Counted from the first letter of the stretch, positions 10,920 to 21,335 are shown. The stretch: DNA of 64,000 nt from an uncultured Clostridia bacterium (GCA_944393375.1 CALXZX010000003.1:3903-67902); one strand, 5' to 3'. Notes: generated by a model not told the origin, from the sequence alone. Numbers and translations: made by a program.

Positions 10920-11411
10920 ATGGCAAGAAAAGTTTTAAATATTGTAATATATATGATGATATTTGTCATCCTAATATTGTTACTATATAGCATCATACAA
11001 AGGAAAACAACTGGTGAGAAATATACCAATCTATTTGGTTATACATTTTTAGAAGTAGTGACAGGAAGTATGGCAGGAACAATTGAAATAGGTGATGGCG
11101 TTATTGTTAAACTAACTTCAGATATAAAAGAAAAAGATATTATTGTATATAAAAAAGAAGAAATTTTAATTACACATCGATTAATAAAAATGGAAGATAA
11201 TAGCTTACTTACAAAAGGAGATGCCAATAATGTGCAAGATGACCCAATAACAAAAGATGTTGTTATTGGAAAAGTGATTTTTGTGATACCCAATATCCAT
11301 TTTTGGAAAAAAGCAATAGTTGTAATTTTAATTATTTTAATTTGTATATATGTTATTGCACAACAAATAATAAATAAAAAAACAAATGTACTAAAGGAGG
11401 AAGAAAAATGA
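10920..11411 (+). CDS. sipW: Signal peptidase I, SipW (ER/archaeal S26B) type
   Basis: N- and C-terminal TM segments. Motifs VVTGSMAGT (Ser nucleophile), ITHRLI (His) and TKGDANNVQDD. Confidence 0.8.
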   Translation: MARKVLNIVIYMMIFVILILLLYSIIQRKTTGEKYTNLFGYTFLEVVTGSMAGTIEIGDGVIVKLTSDIKEKDIIVYKKEEILITHRLIKMEDNSLLTKGDANNVQDDPITKDVVIGKVIFVIPNIHFWKKAIVVILIILICIYVIAQQIINKKTNVLKEEEK

Positions 11412-11989
11412 AAGTTATATTAGCATCTCAATCTCCAAGAAGAAAGGAACTATTAGCCTTAATTGTTCCTAAATTTGAAGTTATAGTGAGTAACCAAGAA
11501 GAAACTTTAAATAAAAAATTATCAGTAGAAGAACAAGTAGTTGAAATCGCCTATACAAAGGCAAAAAATGTATATAATAGAACTGAAGGTGATAGAATTA
11601 TTATTGGTTCTGATACCATTGTTACCAGAAATGGAAAAATATATGGAAAACCAAAAAATAGAAACCATGCAAAAGAAATGATAAAAGAATTAATTACGGG
11701 AGATAGAGTTCATCAAATTATAACAGGATTGAGCATTTTAATAGAAGAAAACGGACAATTAAAAGAATATAAAACATATGATGCAGTAAAAGTATACCTA
11801 AAAGATATATCAGATGAAGAAATTGAAAAATGGTTAGATACAGGAAATGCTATGGACAAAGCTGCTGCATACGGGATTCAAAATGAATTTTGTGTACATG
11901 TAGAAAAAATAGAGGGAAATTATACAGCAGCTCTCGGATTACCAACACATAAAGTATATGATGTAATAAAAAAGTATATAAATCTATAA
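11408..11989 (+). CDS. maf: Maf-like nucleoside triphosphate pyrophosphatase (septum formation protein)
   Basis: MKVILASQSPRRKELL...GSDTIV...DKAAAYGIQ. A 4-nt overlap with sipW (ATGA). Confidence 0.9.
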   Translation: MKVILASQSPRRKELLALIVPKFEVIVSNQEETLNKKLSVEEQVVEIAYTKAKNVYNRTEGDRIIIGSDTIVTRNGKIYGKPKNRNHAKEMIKELITGDRVHQIITGLSILIEENGQLKEYKTYDAVKVYLKDISDEEIEKWLDTGNAMDKAAAYGIQNEFCVHVEKIEGNYTAALGLPTHKVYDVIKKYINL

Positions 11990-12060
11990 AGTAGAAAAAA
12001 GAGAATATCTTTTTTACAAAAAATGGTTGAAAAAATAACAATGTTGTAATATAATTGTAA

Positions 12061-13111
<1,051 letters not shown>

Positions 13112-13164
13112 ATCTAAAAGCTGATATTCAAGAGTTGTAAAATAAATGAAAAGAATGAAAATAG

Positions 13165-13203
13165 AGAAAGCAATTATGAAAAGTGGTTGTTTTCTTTATT
13201 TTT
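13165..13203 (+). terminator. Putative intrinsic terminator after mreB
   Basis: AGAAAGCAA/TTGTTTTCT stem (one G-U pair) followed by a T-rich tract. Confidence 0.45.
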
Positions 13204-13320
13204 ATAGTTATGTTTTTATAATATTAACTATTTAAACAGTGGGGATATAATATAAGCTTATCTTGAAAATACTAGAAAAATATGTCATAATAGATAGAGT
13301 TTTGTAAAAAGGAGAGAAAA

Positions 13321-14610
13321 ATGAAAACAGTAGCATTTATTACATTGGGATGTAAAGTAAATCAATATGAAACAAATGCCATGATACAACAATTTATAGA
13401 AAAGGGGTATGAGGTTGTAGAACATAGCAAAAAAGCGGATATCTATATTGTCAATACTTGTACAGTAACTAACATGTCAGATAGAAAATCTAGACAAATG
13501 TTAAGAAGGGTAAAAGAATTAAATAAAAAGGCAATTGTTGTTGCTTGTGGTTGTTATGCGCAGGTGGCAAAAGAAGAATTAGAAAAGATAGAGGAAATCA
13601 ACTTAGTATTAGGAAATAATGAAAAAAAAGAAATCGTAGAATATGTTGAAAAGTACATAAAAAGTGAAATTCCAGAAATACAAACAGAAGATGTTATGAA
13701 GCGAAAAGAGTTTGTAGAATTTGGTGATATCACATTTACAGAAAAAACAAGAGCGGTTATCAAAATACAAGATGGTTGTGATCGTTTTTGCTCTTATTGT
13801 ATCATTCCATATGCACGAGGAAGAGTAAGAAGTAGAAAACCAGAACATATTTTATCTGAAATTCAAAAGATTGCAAAAGAAGGTATAAAGGAAGTTGTTA
13901 TCACAGGAATTCATATTGCTTCATATGGGAAAGACTTTAAGAAAGAATATCGACTAATTGATTTGTTAGAAGAAATGAATGAGATAGAAGGAATCGAAAG
14001 AATTCGATTAGGTTCTATAGAGCCTTTATTAATAACAAAAGAGTTTGTAAGTCGATTAGAAAAATTATCTAAAGTATGTCACCAGTTTCATTTATCATTA
14101 CAAAGCGGCTGTGATGAAACATTAAAAAGGATGAATAGAAGATATACGATAGAACAATTTAAAGAGATAACAAAATTATTAAGAAAAACATTTGAAGATG
14201 CCATTTTAACTACAGATATCATTGTAGGATTTCCAGGAGAAAGTGAGGAAGAATTTGAAAAAACATATGCTTTTCTAGAAAAAATAAAATTCTATAAAAT
14301 GCATGTATTCAAATATTCACCAAGAAAAGGAACAAAAGCAGCAATTATGCCAAATCAGATTGATGGAAATAAAAAAGAAGAAAGAAGCAGAAAATTGATA
14401 GAATTATCCAATAAAAATGAAAAGATATATAATGAACAATATGTAGGAAAAGAACTAGAAATCCTTTTTGAGGAAGAAAAAAATGGTATATGGCAAGGGC
14501 ATACGAAAAATTATATATTAGCACATTACAAAACAGAGGAAAATTTAGAAAATAAAATCATAAAGTTACAAGGCATAGGTGCAGAAGATGAATATATTAT
14601 TGTGAATTAA
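13321..14610 (+). CDS. mtaB: tRNA t6A37 methylthiotransferase MtaB (radical SAM, MiaB-like)
   Basis: MKTVAFITLGCKVNQYETNAM N-terminus, radical-SAM CDRFCSYCIIP motif, TRAM-like C-terminus. Confidence 0.8.
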   Translation: MKTVAFITLGCKVNQYETNAMIQQFIEKGYEVVEHSKKADIYIVNTCTVTNMSDRKSRQMLRRVKELNKKAIVVACGCYAQVAKEELEKIEEINLVLGNNEKKEIVEYVEKYIKSEIPEIQTEDVMKRKEFVEFGDITFTEKTRAVIKIQDGCDRFCSYCIIPYARGRVRSRKPEHILSEIQKIAKEGIKEVVITGIHIASYGKDFKKEYRLIDLLEEMNEIEGIERIRLGSIEPLLITKEFVSRLEKLSKVCHQFHLSLQSGCDETLKRMNRRYTIEQFKEITKLLRKTFEDAILTTDIIVGFPGESEEEFEKTYAFLEKIKFYKMHVFKYSPRKGTKAAIMPNQIDGNKKEERSRKLIELSNKNEKIYNEQYVGKELEILFEEEKNGIWQGHTKNYILAHYKTEENLENKIIKLQGIGAEDEYIIVN

Positions 14611-14804
14611 ATCTATAAAAGAATTTGAAAAAATATCTTCGAAATGTAACCAAAGTTTAGCTAAAATGGTAAGATGTAACAAAAATGTAATCATTTTGTA
14701 ATTAATATTTAATAAAAAAAGAAGTGAAAAAGTATTGATAAATAACAAAAGATATAGTATAAATAATATAGTAAGGTATAATAAGCTACAAAGGAGGAAA
14801 TTAA

Positions 14805-15116
14805 ATGGCAGATATAAGAGAAGAAAATAATGTATTTGGTGGAGTAGAATTTAATAATGAAAATGGTAATAATGGACAAGTACAAGCTTCAAATGGAAAA
14901 AATTTACCTGTAAAACAAGGATTTTGGTCAAAATTCAAAACATTCTGGTTCCAAGAAATTGATTGGAACAAAGAAATAAAAGTAGAATTAACACCATATC
15001 AACAAAAAGTGGAAAATGAAATAAATGAATTCTTACATCAAGAAATTACTTGGGAAAAAGTACATGATTTCTTATTCCAAGAAATAAGATTTGGAAAAAA
15101 GAAAACAGAAGTGTAA
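14805..15116 (+). CDS. Hypothetical 103-aa protein with three F-x-(F/H)-QEI-x-(W/F) repeats
   Basis: RBS aaaggagg. Internal repeats FWFQEIDW, FLHQEITW and FLFQEIRF. Confidence 0.55.
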   Translation: MADIREENNVFGGVEFNNENGNNGQVQASNGKNLPVKQGFWSKFKTFWFQEIDWNKEIKVELTPYQQKVENEINEFLHQEITWEKVHDFLFQEIRFGKKKTEV

Positions 15117-15122
15117 TAAAAA

Positions 15123-15153
15123 GGACAATTAGGGACGTTTCCGTTTGGACATT
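15123..15153 (+). repeat. REP-like repeat, copy R2 (AGGACAATTAGGGACGTTTCCGTTTGGACATT)
   Basis: Sequence identity to the repeat family. An extra GGGAACG unit follows at 15163-15170. Confidence 0.85.
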
Positions 15154-15282
15154 TTTCTAAATGGGAACGCTTTTTGAAATTATATATGAAATTAAAAGGA
15201 AAGTGTAGCAAAAAATATGAAAATATGCTATACTTTTCTTGTTTTAGGGGCAAATAAAAAATTAATGTAAGGAGAGATGTAT

Positions 15283-16056
15283 ATGCCCCGTGTAGCAAGA
15301 AAAATTAGTAATACAAAAGTATATCATATCATTTTAAGAGGAAATGATAGACAAGATATATTTTATGATGAGCAAGACTACAAAAAATTTTTGAAAATAA
15401 TGAAGTTGACAAAGGAAAAATATCAATATGAAATATATGTATATTGTTTTATGGCCAATCATGTACATTTAGTTTTTTATGACAAAAATAATCAAATTTC
15501 TAAGATAATACAAAGTATAGCAATATCTTATTCAAGTTATTTTTCAAAAAAATATAGAAAAGAAGGACATTTATTTCAAAATAGATTTTTAAGTAAAAAC
15601 ATTGAAACAAAAGAATACTTGTATCGTTTATGTAGATATATCCATCAAAATCCATTAAAGGCTGGAATTTCAACTGTAAAAAGATATAAATGGAGTAGCT
15701 ATCGTGAATATATTTATGATGAAAAAATGATAAGTAGAGAATTGATTTTGTCAATGTTTGGTCAAACAAAAAAAGAGGCGATAGAAAATTTTATTATTTT
15801 TCATAGTTATGAGGAAAAAAACATAAATGAAGAAGTAGAATATGAAATTATTGATAAATTAACAGATGAACAGGTAAAGAGGAAAATACAGAAAATATTA
15901 AGCATTGAAGATGTATGGGAAATTCGTACATATAATAAAAAAGTAAGAGATGAAAAAATATATCAATTAAAAAATATAAAAGGAACATCCAAAACACAAC
16001 TTTCAAGGATTTTAGGAATCAATAGAAAAGTAATTGAAAGAGTTATGAAAAATTAA
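15283..16056 (+). CDS. IS200/Y1-family (HUH) transposase-like protein, RAYT-like, with C-terminal HTH tail
   Basis: HUH motif FMANHVHLV. Catalytic-Tyr region CRYIHQNPLKAG. C-terminal TSKTQLSRILGINRKVIERV looks like an HTH. RBS GGAGAG sits 6 nt before the ATG at 15283. Confidence 0.8.
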   Translation: MPRVARKISNTKVYHIILRGNDRQDIFYDEQDYKKFLKIMKLTKEKYQYEIYVYCFMANHVHLVFYDKNNQISKIIQSIAISYSSYFSKKYRKEGHLFQNRFLSKNIETKEYLYRLCRYIHQNPLKAGISTVKRYKWSSYREYIYDEKMISRELILSMFGQTKKEAIENFIIFHSYEEKNINEEVEYEIIDKLTDEQVKRKIQKILSIEDVWEIRTYNKKVRDEKIYQLKNIKGTSKTQLSRILGINRKVIERVMKN

Positions 16057-16093
16057 AAATTTTAAAAAATAGAAATTACAAAAAAATTAATAA

Positions 16094-16152
16094 AAATGTC
16101 CAAAAAGAAACGTCCCCAATGGACCCAAATGCCCAATGGACCCAAATGGACA
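16094..16152 (-). repeat. REP-like repeat, copy R3 (inverted), with an internal 17-nt tandem duplication
   Basis: AAATGTCCAAAAAGAAACGTCCCC is the reverse complement of the family core. It is followed by CCCAATGGACCCAAATG x2 (16115-16148). Confidence 0.85.
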
Positions 16153-16165
16153 AAAGGAGAGAAAA

Positions 16166-17530
16166 ATGGCAAAAAGTAAAACGATTTTTGTATGTAGTGA
16201 ATGTGGAAATGAATCTAGTAAATGGCTTGGAAAATGTCCAGCATGCAATAGTTGGAATACATTTTATGAACAAAAGGTAGTGGAAACAAAAGCAGGAGGA
16301 CATAAAGATTTAGCTAAAAGTGAAAACAAACCACAAAAATTGAATTCTTATGAAGCAAAAGAAACATTAAGAACTTCAACAGGTTTTGGAGAATTGGATA
16401 GAGTATTAGGTGGGGGACTTGTAAAAGGTTCTCTTGTGTTACTTGGTGGAGAGCCTGGAATTGGAAAATCTACTTTGATTTTACAAATATGTGATAAAGT
16501 AAAAGGCGAAGGAAAGGTTTTATATGTTTCTGGAGAAGAATCAGCAGAACAAATTAAAATGAGAGCTGATAGATTAGGTATTAACAATGATGATATTCTA
16601 TTTTTAGGAGAAACAGATATAGATGTTGTCAATCAAGCGATTATAGAAATTAATCCAAAACTTGTAATTATTGATTCTATTCAAACCATGTATTCAGAAG
16701 AAATTTCAGCAGCTGCAGGAAGTGTAAGCCAAGTAAGAGAAATTACTTCACAAGTTATGAGAGTTTGTAAATCTAGAGCAATTACAACAATCATTATAGG
16801 ACATGTAACCAAAGAAGGAAATATAGCAGGCCCAAGAGTTTTAGAACATATGGTAGATACAGTGCTGTATTTAGAAGGAGAAAGGTATTTTTCATATAGA
16901 GTCCTTAGAGGTGTTAAGAATAGATTTGGTTCAACCAATGAAATTGGTATGTTTGAAATGAATGAAGAAGGAATGTGTGAAATTACAAATCCTTCAGATA
17001 TTTTAATTTCTGAAAGAGAAGATAATCCAGCAGGCTCTTGCATTGTGTCTAGCATAGAAGGAACAAGAGCAATTTTAATAGAATTACAAGCATTAACAAC
17101 ACAAAGTATTTTTGGATTTCCAAAAAGAACGGCAAATGGAACAGATTATAATAGACTTGCCTTATTAATTGCTGTTCTAGAAAAAAGAGCAGGGATTATG
17201 TTAGGAAGTCAAGACATCTACTTAAATCTAGTAGGTGGTATTAGAGTAAATGAACCTTCTATTGACTTAGGTATGATGATGGCAGTGGTTTCAAGTTTTA
17301 AAAATGTACCAATTCCAAAAGACATGGTCATTATTGGAGAAGTTGGTTTGACAGGAGAAGTAAGAAGAATAAATCTAATTGGCAAAAGGTTGAAAGAAGC
17401 AGAGAAATTGGGATTTAAGAGTTGTATTATTCCAGAATCTAACAAAAAAGACTTGAAAGAAACATATAAATTAGATATAATAGGTGTCAGCAATATTAAT
17501 GAAGCAATGAAAAAGATTGGATTAAAATAG
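16166..17530 (+). CDS. radA: DNA repair protein RadA/Sms
   Basis: Zn ribbon CSECG...CPAC, Walker A GEPGIGKST, KNRFG motif, Lon-like C-terminus. RBS aaaggagag precedes the ATG at 16166. The ORF-track start at 16136 lies inside repeat R3. Confidence 0.95.
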   Translation: MAKSKTIFVCSECGNESSKWLGKCPACNSWNTFYEQKVVETKAGGHKDLAKSENKPQKLNSYEAKETLRTSTGFGELDRVLGGGLVKGSLVLLGGEPGIGKSTLILQICDKVKGEGKVLYVSGEESAEQIKMRADRLGINNDDILFLGETDIDVVNQAIIEINPKLVIIDSIQTMYSEEISAAAGSVSQVREITSQVMRVCKSRAITTIIIGHVTKEGNIAGPRVLEHMVDTVLYLEGERYFSYRVLRGVKNRFGSTNEIGMFEMNEEGMCEITNPSDILISEREDNPAGSCIVSSIEGTRAILIELQALTTQSIFGFPKRTANGTDYNRLALLIAVLEKRAGIMLGSQDIYLNLVGGIRVNEPSIDLGMMMAVVSSFKNVPIPKDMVIIGEVGLTGEVRRINLIGKRLKEAEKLGFKSCIIPESNKKDLKETYKLDIIGVSNINEAMKKIGLK

Positions 17531-17568
17531 TTTGATTGCATAATTAAAGGGGAGAAGGGAGATTAATT

Positions 17569-18642
17569 TTGAAAAAGGTAAAAGAAGATAACATTACATC
17601 TGTTTTAAAATTAATAGCTCCAGGAACACCAATAAGAGATGGTCTAGAAAATATATTGAGGGCAAAGACAGGAGCATTATTATTAATTACAGATAATGGA
17701 GAAGTCTTAAAAGAAGTGGTTGATGGTGGTTTTGTTATTAATGAAGATTATACATCATCAAAATTATATGAATTAGCAAAAATGGATGGTGCAATTGTAT
17801 TAAGTGGAGATATGAAGAAAATTCTATATGCTAATGCACAGTTAATTCCAGAACATGAAATCCAAACAACAGAAACAGGAACAAGACATAGAACAGCAGA
17901 GAGAACTGCAAAGCAGACAGGAGAATTGGTGATTAGTATTTCACAAAGAAGAAATATTATTACAGTCTTTAAAGGAAATGATAGATATGTTTTAGAAGAT
18001 ACAGATGTTGTATTAAATAAAGCAAATCAAGCAATTCAAACATTAGAAAAATATAAAAAAGTATTTGATAATAAGTTAAACATATTGAATGAATATGAAT
18101 TTAATGATATAGTAACATTGCAAAATGTTGTACTTGCCATCCAAAGAGCAGAAATGGTTATGCGAATTGTAGAGGAAATACAAAGACAAATTTATGAACT
18201 TGGAGATGATGGACGACTAGTAAAAATGCAACTAGATGAATTAATTGGAGGACTTGAAAAAGAAGAAAGTTTGATTATAAAAGACTATGTAGTTAAAAAG
18301 AAAAAATCTTCTGATAAAATAATAGAAGAATTAAAAGACTTAGAATATGAAGAATTGTTGAAAGAATCTTCTATTGCTAAATTATTAGGATATGAGTATT
18401 TTGATAATTATGATGAAGTTGCTGTTTACCCAAAAGGATATCGAATTTTAAGCAAAGTACCAAGAATGCCTAATAATATTGTAGAGAACTTAGTAGATTC
18501 ATTTAAGTCTTTTCAACATATATTGGCAGCAGATATTGAAAGTTTAGATGAAGTTGATGGTATTGGAGAAGTAAGAGCGAGAACCATTAAACAATCATTA
18601 AAAAGAATGCAAGAACAATTTGTTTTTGATAATATGATATAA
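17569..18642 (+). CDS. disA: DNA integrity scanning protein DisA (diadenylate cyclase)
   Basis: LKLIAPGTPIRDGLENILRAKTGALLLI, DGAIVL and RHRTAER DAC motifs. C-terminal HhH (VDGIGEVRARTI). Conserved radA-disA order. TTG start. Confidence 0.9.
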   Translation: MKKVKEDNITSVLKLIAPGTPIRDGLENILRAKTGALLLITDNGEVLKEVVDGGFVINEDYTSSKLYELAKMDGAIVLSGDMKKILYANAQLIPEHEIQTTETGTRHRTAERTAKQTGELVISISQRRNIITVFKGNDRYVLEDTDVVLNKANQAIQTLEKYKKVFDNKLNILNEYEFNDIVTLQNVVLAIQRAEMVMRIVEEIQRQIYELGDDGRLVKMQLDELIGGLEKEESLIIKDYVVKKKKSSDKIIEELKDLEYEELLKESSIAKLLGYEYFDNYDEVAVYPKGYRILSKVPRMPNNIVENLVDSFKSFQHILAADIESLDEVDGIGEVRARTIKQSLKRMQEQFVFDNMI

Positions 18643-18679
18643 TAATCTAAAGATTAAAAGGAAAGGAAATGTGAAGTAA

Positions 18680-19474
18680 ATGGGAAAATTTAAAAATATT
18701 ATATGGATAGTTGCTTTAATTATTTTAATTGTTTTAATAGGAATTGTTAGTTATGGATATTATAGAAATGCAACAATGGAGGTTACAAGACCGGTTGCTA
18801 CAATGGAAGTAGAAAATTTTGGAACGATTAAATTTGAATTATATCCAGAATATGCTCCAGAAACAGTAGCAAACTTCATAACATTAGCAAATAGAGGATT
18901 TTATGATGGATTAACATTCCACAGAATTGTAAAAGACTTTATGATTCAAGGTGGAGACAAAAATGGAGATGGAACAGGATTAGCAACAACAAGTGATTTG
19001 AAAGATGATGGTGATGATACAGAATATACAATAAAAGGTGAATTTATAGCAAATGGAGTGGATAATAAAATGCAATTTGAAGAAGGAGTTGTGGCAATGG
19101 CAAGATCTGATTACACCAATTATTCTTCAACATTAGCAGAAGAATCTTATAATTCAGGAAGTTCTCAATTCTTTATCATGACAGCAGAAAACACAGGATT
19201 AAATGGACAATATACTTCTTTTGGTAAAGTAATAGAAGGTATGGATATTGTACATCAAATAGAAGGTGTTGAAGTAAAAGCGGCAGATGATGCAGAAACA
19301 ACAGGAAATACGGAAGTAAGTACACCAGTAAACCCACCAGTTATTACATCTATTAGAGTAGAAACAAATGGAGTAGATTATGGATTACCTGAAACATTAA
19401 CACCATTTGATTATATGTCATGGTTATATCAACAATATGGAATAGACCCAAGTAGTATGAGTACTACAGAATAA
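18680..19474 (+). CDS. Membrane-anchored peptidyl-prolyl cis-trans isomerase (cyclophilin type)
   Basis: N-terminal TM segment, then FELYPEYAPETVANFITLANRGFYDGLTFHRIVKDFMIQGGD. Confidence 0.9.
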   Translation: MGKFKNIIWIVALIILIVLIGIVSYGYYRNATMEVTRPVATMEVENFGTIKFELYPEYAPETVANFITLANRGFYDGLTFHRIVKDFMIQGGDKNGDGTGLATTSDLKDDGDDTEYTIKGEFIANGVDNKMQFEEGVVAMARSDYTNYSSTLAEESYNSGSSQFFIMTAENTGLNGQYTSFGKVIEGMDIVHQIEGVEVKAADDAETTGNTEVSTPVNPPVITSIRVETNGVDYGLPETLTPFDYMSWLYQQYGIDPSSMSTTE

Positions 19475-19560
19475 TAAATATAATTTTGTAAATACTATTT
19501 ATAAAATATTAATAAAGTTTTAAAATTTTACAAAAAAACAAATAAAAATTTCTAAAATGG

Positions 19561-19590
19561 TTGACAAGATGGGGTGAAATAGGTTAAAAT
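19561..19590 (+). promoter_or_regulatory. Putative sigma-A promoter of the tRNA-His/tRNA-Gln pair
   Basis: TTGACA (19561-19566), an 18-nt spacer, then TAAAAT (19585-19590), about 35 nt upstream of tRNA-His. Confidence 0.45.
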
Positions 19591-19626
19591 AAGAAATGTG
19601 CTAATAAAAAGGTGCACGTAAACTAT

Positions 19627-19704
19627 GGTGGATGTAGCGTAGTTGGTTAACGCGCCAGTTTGTGGCACTGGAGACCGTGGGTTCGAGTCCCATCTTCCAC
19701 CCCA
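19627..19704 (+). tRNA. tRNA-His (anticodon GTG), with encoded G-1 and CCA
   Basis: Hand-folded cloverleaf: anticodon arm CCAGT-TTGTGGC-ACTGG, T arm GTGGG-TTCGAGT-CCCAT, extra 5' G opposite discriminator C. One T-T mismatch in the acceptor stem. Confidence 0.85.
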
Positions 19705-19713
19705 TGTATATAT

Positions 19714-19788
19714 TGGGCTGTAGCCAAGCGGTAAGGCACCAGACTTTGACTCTGGCATGCGCTAGTTCGAATCTAGCCAGCCCAGCCA
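19714..19788 (+). tRNA. tRNA-Gln (anticodon TTG), CCA encoded
   Basis: TGGGCTG acceptor, anticodon arm CCAGA-CTTTGAC-TCTGG, T loop GTTCGAATC. Confidence 0.9.
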
Positions 19789-19796
19789 ATAATATC

Positions 19797-19830
19797 AAGA
19801 CTTTCGAGATTTTCGAAAGTCTTATTTTTT
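19797..19830 (+). terminator. Intrinsic terminator after the tRNA pair
   Basis: AAGACTTTCGA / TCGAAAGTCTT perfect 11-bp stem followed by ATTTTTT. Confidence 0.85.
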
Positions 19831-19991
19831 GTCAAAATTAATCAAACTTGTCCAAATTTTTATTTTATTAGGATTTATCCAAATACTTCCAGGGATAGAA
19901 CAGACATTAGCAAGGTATGATTAAAAAATGGATGTAGTAGTTGACAATAGTGAAAATATGAAATAAAATTTTAGTAAAAAAGGAGGAAACT

Positions 19992-20276
19992 ATGATAAAA
20001 CATATTGTTATTTGGAAATTTAAAGAAAATCAAGAAGAAACTATGAAACAATTTCTAGAAGGATTAAATCATTTAAAAGATATTATTCCACAAATTAAAT
20101 ATATGGAAACTGGGATAAATATAAATCCAGAAAATGAATATGATGCAATATTAATTTCAGAATTTGAAACTATGGAAGATTTAGAAATATATAAAAATCA
20201 TCCAGAACATATTAAAGTATCAAATTTATGCAAATCTATTAGAATAGATAGACAAGCAATTGATTATGAGGTTTAA
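19992..20276 (+). CDS. Dabb-family (stress-responsive A/B barrel) protein
   Basis: MIKHIVIWKFKE...YKNHPEHIKV pattern. RBS aaaggagg. Confidence 0.75.
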   Translation: MIKHIVIWKFKENQEETMKQFLEGLNHLKDIIPQIKYMETGININPENEYDAILISEFETMEDLEIYKNHPEHIKVSNLCKSIRIDRQAIDYEV

Positions 20277-20280
20277 AACA

Positions 20281-20853
20281 ATGGATTTAGAAAAAATAAA
20301 AAATGCAAAGACGAAATATATAGGCAAAGAAATAGAATATTTTAAAGAAATAAGTTCAACACATATCTATGCAAAAGAAATTGCATTGCAAGAAAAACAT
20401 AGTGGGAAGATAATAATAGCGGAAACACAGACAAATGGAATTGGGACCAAGGGAAGAACATGGTATACTGGAGAAAGCAAAAATATTGCAATGACAATTA
20501 TATTAAAACCACAATGTAAAATTAGTAGATTAGAAGGTTTAACTGTAAAAATAGCAGAATGTATGCAAAAAGCAATTTATGATGCATATGAAATTTCATT
20601 ACAAATAAAAAAGCCAAATGATTTAACTTTAAATGGTAAAAAGGTATGTGGAATATTGACAGAAATAAATACAATATCTGAAAAGATTAATTATTTATTA
20701 ATTAGTTTAGGAATTAATGTAAATGAAGAAATATTTTCAAAGGAAACAAAAAATCTTGCAACATCGTTAAAAAAAGAGTTTGGAAAAGATTTTAGTAGAG
20801 AAGATATTATTAAAAAATTTATTGAAATTCTAGAGAAGGAAATAGAATGCTAG
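20281..20853 (+). CDS. birA: Biotin--[acetyl-CoA-carboxylase] ligase (group I, no HTH)
   Basis: GIGTKGRTW (variant of GRGRxGRxW) and KKPNDLTLNGKKVCGILTE motifs. Start taken at the ATG at 20281, after GAGG. Confidence 0.8.
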   Translation: MDLEKIKNAKTKYIGKEIEYFKEISSTHIYAKEIALQEKHSGKIIIAETQTNGIGTKGRTWYTGESKNIAMTIILKPQCKISRLEGLTVKIAECMQKAIYDAYEISLQIKKPNDLTLNGKKVCGILTEINTISEKINYLLISLGINVNEEIFSKETKNLATSLKKEFGKDFSREDIIKKFIEILEKEIEC

Positions 20854-20913
20854 TTCTATTTCTTTTTTTTTGCAAATATACATTAAAAAGAAAGCAGAAA
20901 GGAGAATTTAAAA

Positions 20914-21306
20914 ATGGAAAATTCAGATAATATAAATAATAAAAATTTTATCAATATATTGAAAGGTTTAGGAATTGCCTTTATTGTTACTTTCATTTTT
21001 TTATTGATTTTATCAATTGTTCTAACATATTCAAATGTTTCTGAAAATATTATTAATCCAACTATCATTATCATTACGGCACTTAGTATATTAATAGGAA
21101 GTAGTATTAGTAATATAAAAATAAAAAAGAATGGATTAATAAATGGGGCAATAATAGGAGGCATATATATCATCTTATTATATTTGTTTTCAAGCATATT
21201 CCGTATGGACTTTTCTTTAACAATACAATCTATGATTATGGTTATTACAGGTATTGTTTTTGGGATTTTAGGGGGGATTATAGGTGTTAATATATCTTCT
21301 AAGTGA
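20914..21306 (+). CDS. Small 4-TM membrane protein (TIGR04086/YrzE-like)
   Basis: 130 aa with four hydrophobic segments. RBS aaaggagaa. The antisense ORF 20883-21323 has no RBS. Confidence 0.6.
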   Translation: MENSDNINNKNFINILKGLGIAFIVTFIFLLILSIVLTYSNVSENIINPTIIIITALSILIGSSISNIKIKKNGLINGAIIGGIYIILLYLFSSIFRMDFSLTIQSMIMVITGIVFGILGGIIGVNISSK

Positions 21307-21335
21307 AAGTTAATATGAAACATAGGTAAGTAAAA

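Larger units (their letters stand above)
15123..16152 (+). mobile_element. REPtron-like unit: Y1 (RAYT/IS200-like) transposase gene flanked by inverted copies of the dispersed repeat
   Basis: Repeat copy R2 (+) lies at 15123-15153 and copy R3 (-) at 16094-16152, bracketing CDS 15283-16056. Confidence 0.65.

Noticed and set aside
19552-19798. Two minus-strand ORFs (68 and 65 aa) between the cyclophilin and Dabb genes.
   Set aside because: They overlap tRNA-His and tRNA-Gln, and the tRNA cloverleaves explain the sequence.
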